Assembly: GCF_963921235.1 (NCBI RefSeq)
Contig: NC_086097.1
Coordinates: forward strand, 31,808,001-31,872,000
Length of the DNA stretch: 64,000 bases
Source of the DNA: Mobula hypostoma
Lineage: Eukaryota
Direction: 5' to 3'
In this document: one piece after another, positions 61,861-64,000 of the stretch
Layout: every line of letters begins with the position of its first letter
Position numbering within the stretch: the first letter of the stretch is position 1
The notes under the pieces: model-generated
Database searches by the model: none
Told to the model about the DNA's origin: nothing
The model's input: only the letters and a program-made list of their open reading frames with translations
Translations under genes and position numbers: made by a program

Positions 61861-61889
61861 GATTGGGGGTTACAGATAGAACACCAGAT

Positions 61890-62375
61890 CTCAAAGTTCA
61901 AAAGTTCAAAGTAAAATTTATTATCAGAGTACGTACATGACACCACATACAACCCTGAGATTTTTTTTCTGTGGGCATGCTTAGCAAATCTATCGAACAG
62001 TAACTGTAAACAATGGACAACAAACTGCAAGTGCAGATATAAATAAATAGCAATAAATAACAAGCATGAAATAACAAGATAAAAGAGTCCTTAAGTGAGT
62101 GTAGTTATCCCCTTTTGTTCAAGAGCCTAATAGTTGAGGGATAGTAACTGTTCTTGAACCTGGTGGTGTGAGTCCTGAGGCACCTGTACCTTCTACCTGA
62201 TGGCAGCAGCGAGAAAAGAGCATTACCTGGGTGGTGAGGATCTTTGATGATGGATGCTGCTTCTCTACGGCACCATTTCATGGTTGGGAGGACTTTACCC
62301 ATGATGTCCTGGGCCGAATCCACGATCTTTTATAGGATTTTCTGCTCAAAGGCATTGGTGTTCCCAAACCAGGCC
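61890..62375 (-). mobile_element. Rex1/Babar-type LINE 3' end
   Basis: ORF 62105..62323 AQDIMGKVLPT..RFKNSYYPSTIRLLN, with a (gttcaaa)n tail on +. Confidence 0.82.
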
Positions 62376-62437
62376 ATTCTCAGGGAATGGTGTTACAGCT
62401 TGAGGTGATGGGGGTTTTAGATAGAATAAGTCTCGGA

Positions 62438-62736
62438 GTTAGCGCGTGGCCAAGTGGTTAAGGCGTCGGTCTGGTGATCTGAAGGTCGCTAGTTCGAGCC
62501 TCAGCTGAGGCAGCGTGTTGTGTCCTTGAGCAAGGCACTTAACCACACACTGCTCTGTGATGACACCGGCGCCAAATTGTATCGGCCCTAGTGCCCTTCC
62601 CTTGGACAACATCGGAGGCGTGGAGAGGGGAGACTTGCAGCATGGACAACTGCTAGTGTTCCATACAACCTTGCCCTGGAAACCTTCCAAGGCGCAAATC
62701 CATGGTCTCACGAGACTAACGGATGCCTATAAAAAA
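62438..62736 (+). mobile_element. Young tRNA-derived CORE-like SINE with TSD
   Basis: A box tggccaagtgg, B box agttcgagcc, A-tail, and a 10 bp TSD aagtctcgga (62428-62437 and 62737-62746). Confidence 0.92.
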
Positions 62737-63427
62737 AAGTCTCGGAATGGGGTTACAGGTTGAGGCTTTTGGTTATAGATAGAACAACAGGTTGCATTCT
62801 TGGCTGTGACAGAGGATTGGGTGCTGTTTCTGACTCACTGGCTGGGTTCTAATCAGATAGTTTACGTGCAGAGCTCTGCGGACTCTTTGGCCCAGGTTCC
62901 TTGGCTTAGTGCTTGATGTTCTGCCAGCTCCAAGCTGGACGTGGTTTCAGTGGGGAGGGATCATCCTGCCTTTTGGTTAATCATTGTAATGTGAGGCTGT
63001 TGCTTTTGGAAAGGCCACGCTCAATCCATCAACGGTCCTTGGCAGCCAAGCTGCCTCTGTTGATCGGCATCGCCTTTGTCTAGGCTGCGGTCTGTCTACA
63101 CACCGCTCACGAGAGAGCCTTCTGCCAGGACTCGGCATCTGCCTGGCTGCTTACTGAGGTAGGCTGTGGGATGTGGAGGCTTCGGGGCTGAGATTCTCCA
63201 TGGCAGACTGTCTGGCTTGTTTTTTTTCCCTGATAAAACTTATTGTGCAAGTGCTTGTGGTTATAATGGACGAGTTCCAATCATTGAGTTGAGGTAATAC
63301 CGCACCTTTGTTGTAATGAAACTCCCAAGATGCACCATCAGACTGCAGTCCAGCAAGCAGAACATCAGCTGATCATGAAGAGGACAATTAAACAAGGAGG
63401 TTTTAAGGAAGGTTGAAGGTTGAGCCC

Positions 63428-63895
63428 ACATGCAAAACGCTGCAGGAACTCAGCAGGTCAGGTGCCATCTATGGAGGGGAATAAACAGTTGATGTTTCGG
63501 GCCAAGACCCTTCCTCAGGACTGGAAAGGAAGGGGGCAGGAGCCAGAATAAGAAGGTAGGGGGCGGGGGGGGGGAGAGTACAAGCAGTCAGGTGGCGTGA
63601 GACTGGGTGAGGGGAATGGTGGGTGGGGTAGTGGGAATGGAGTGAGAAGCTAGGAGGGGATAGGTGGCAGTAGTAATGGACTGAAACAAAAGGAATTTGA
63701 TAGGAGAGGAGAGTGGGCAATGCAAGAAAATAGAGGAGGAGGAGGAGAACTAGAGGGGCATGATGGGCAGGTGAGGAGGAGGGATGGGGGTTAGAGTAAC
63801 TAGAGCCTCTAACCTGATGGCATGAACATCCATTTCTCCAAATTCAAGTAACTTCTCTCTTCTCCTCCCTTCTCTCTTTTTCTGTTCCGTATTCT
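63428..63895. mobile_element. Penelope terminal repeat on minus (63428-63795) followed by a plus-strand ORF end fragment
   Basis: Degenerate hammerhead at about 63485-63523 (-), then agcctctaacctgatggcatgaacatc, the PDGMNI end of the GIY-YIG ORF. Confidence 0.7.
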
Positions 63896-64000
63896 GGTGA
63901 GAGCAACTATATGTCTTAACAACTTGATTGAGATAATTTGGGGAGGTGACAGTGGTGACTAATGAGGGTAGGGCAATGGATGTTGCCTATGTGGACTTTA

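Overview
Vertebrate genomic DNA, most likely from a cartilaginous fish such as a ray (inferred from the repeat set: CR1 and Rex1/Babar-type LINEs, V-SINEs, CORE-type tRNA SINEs, Penelope-like elements and a Tc1 remnant). Most of the window is transposon debris. The non-transposon content is: (1) a disrupted, intronless RBM25 retrocopy on the minus strand (about 8.66-9.95 kb) whose 5' end is a 58-codon in-frame leader unlike canonical RBM25; (2) a CpG-rich promoter with a probable first exon at about 11.3-11.43 kb, belonging to a gene I cannot identify; (3) a 15.4 kb C/T-rich satellite just downstream, with 1.68 kb and 3.4 kb higher-order repeats. Many Penelope-like terminal repeats carry minimal hammerhead ribozyme motifs, and several form short inverted or palindromic insertions with target-site duplications. 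No intact cellular protein-coding gene is evident, and the very long ORFs in the satellite are compositional artefacts. All identifications come from reading the sequence by eye, and boundaries of decayed repeats are approximate.
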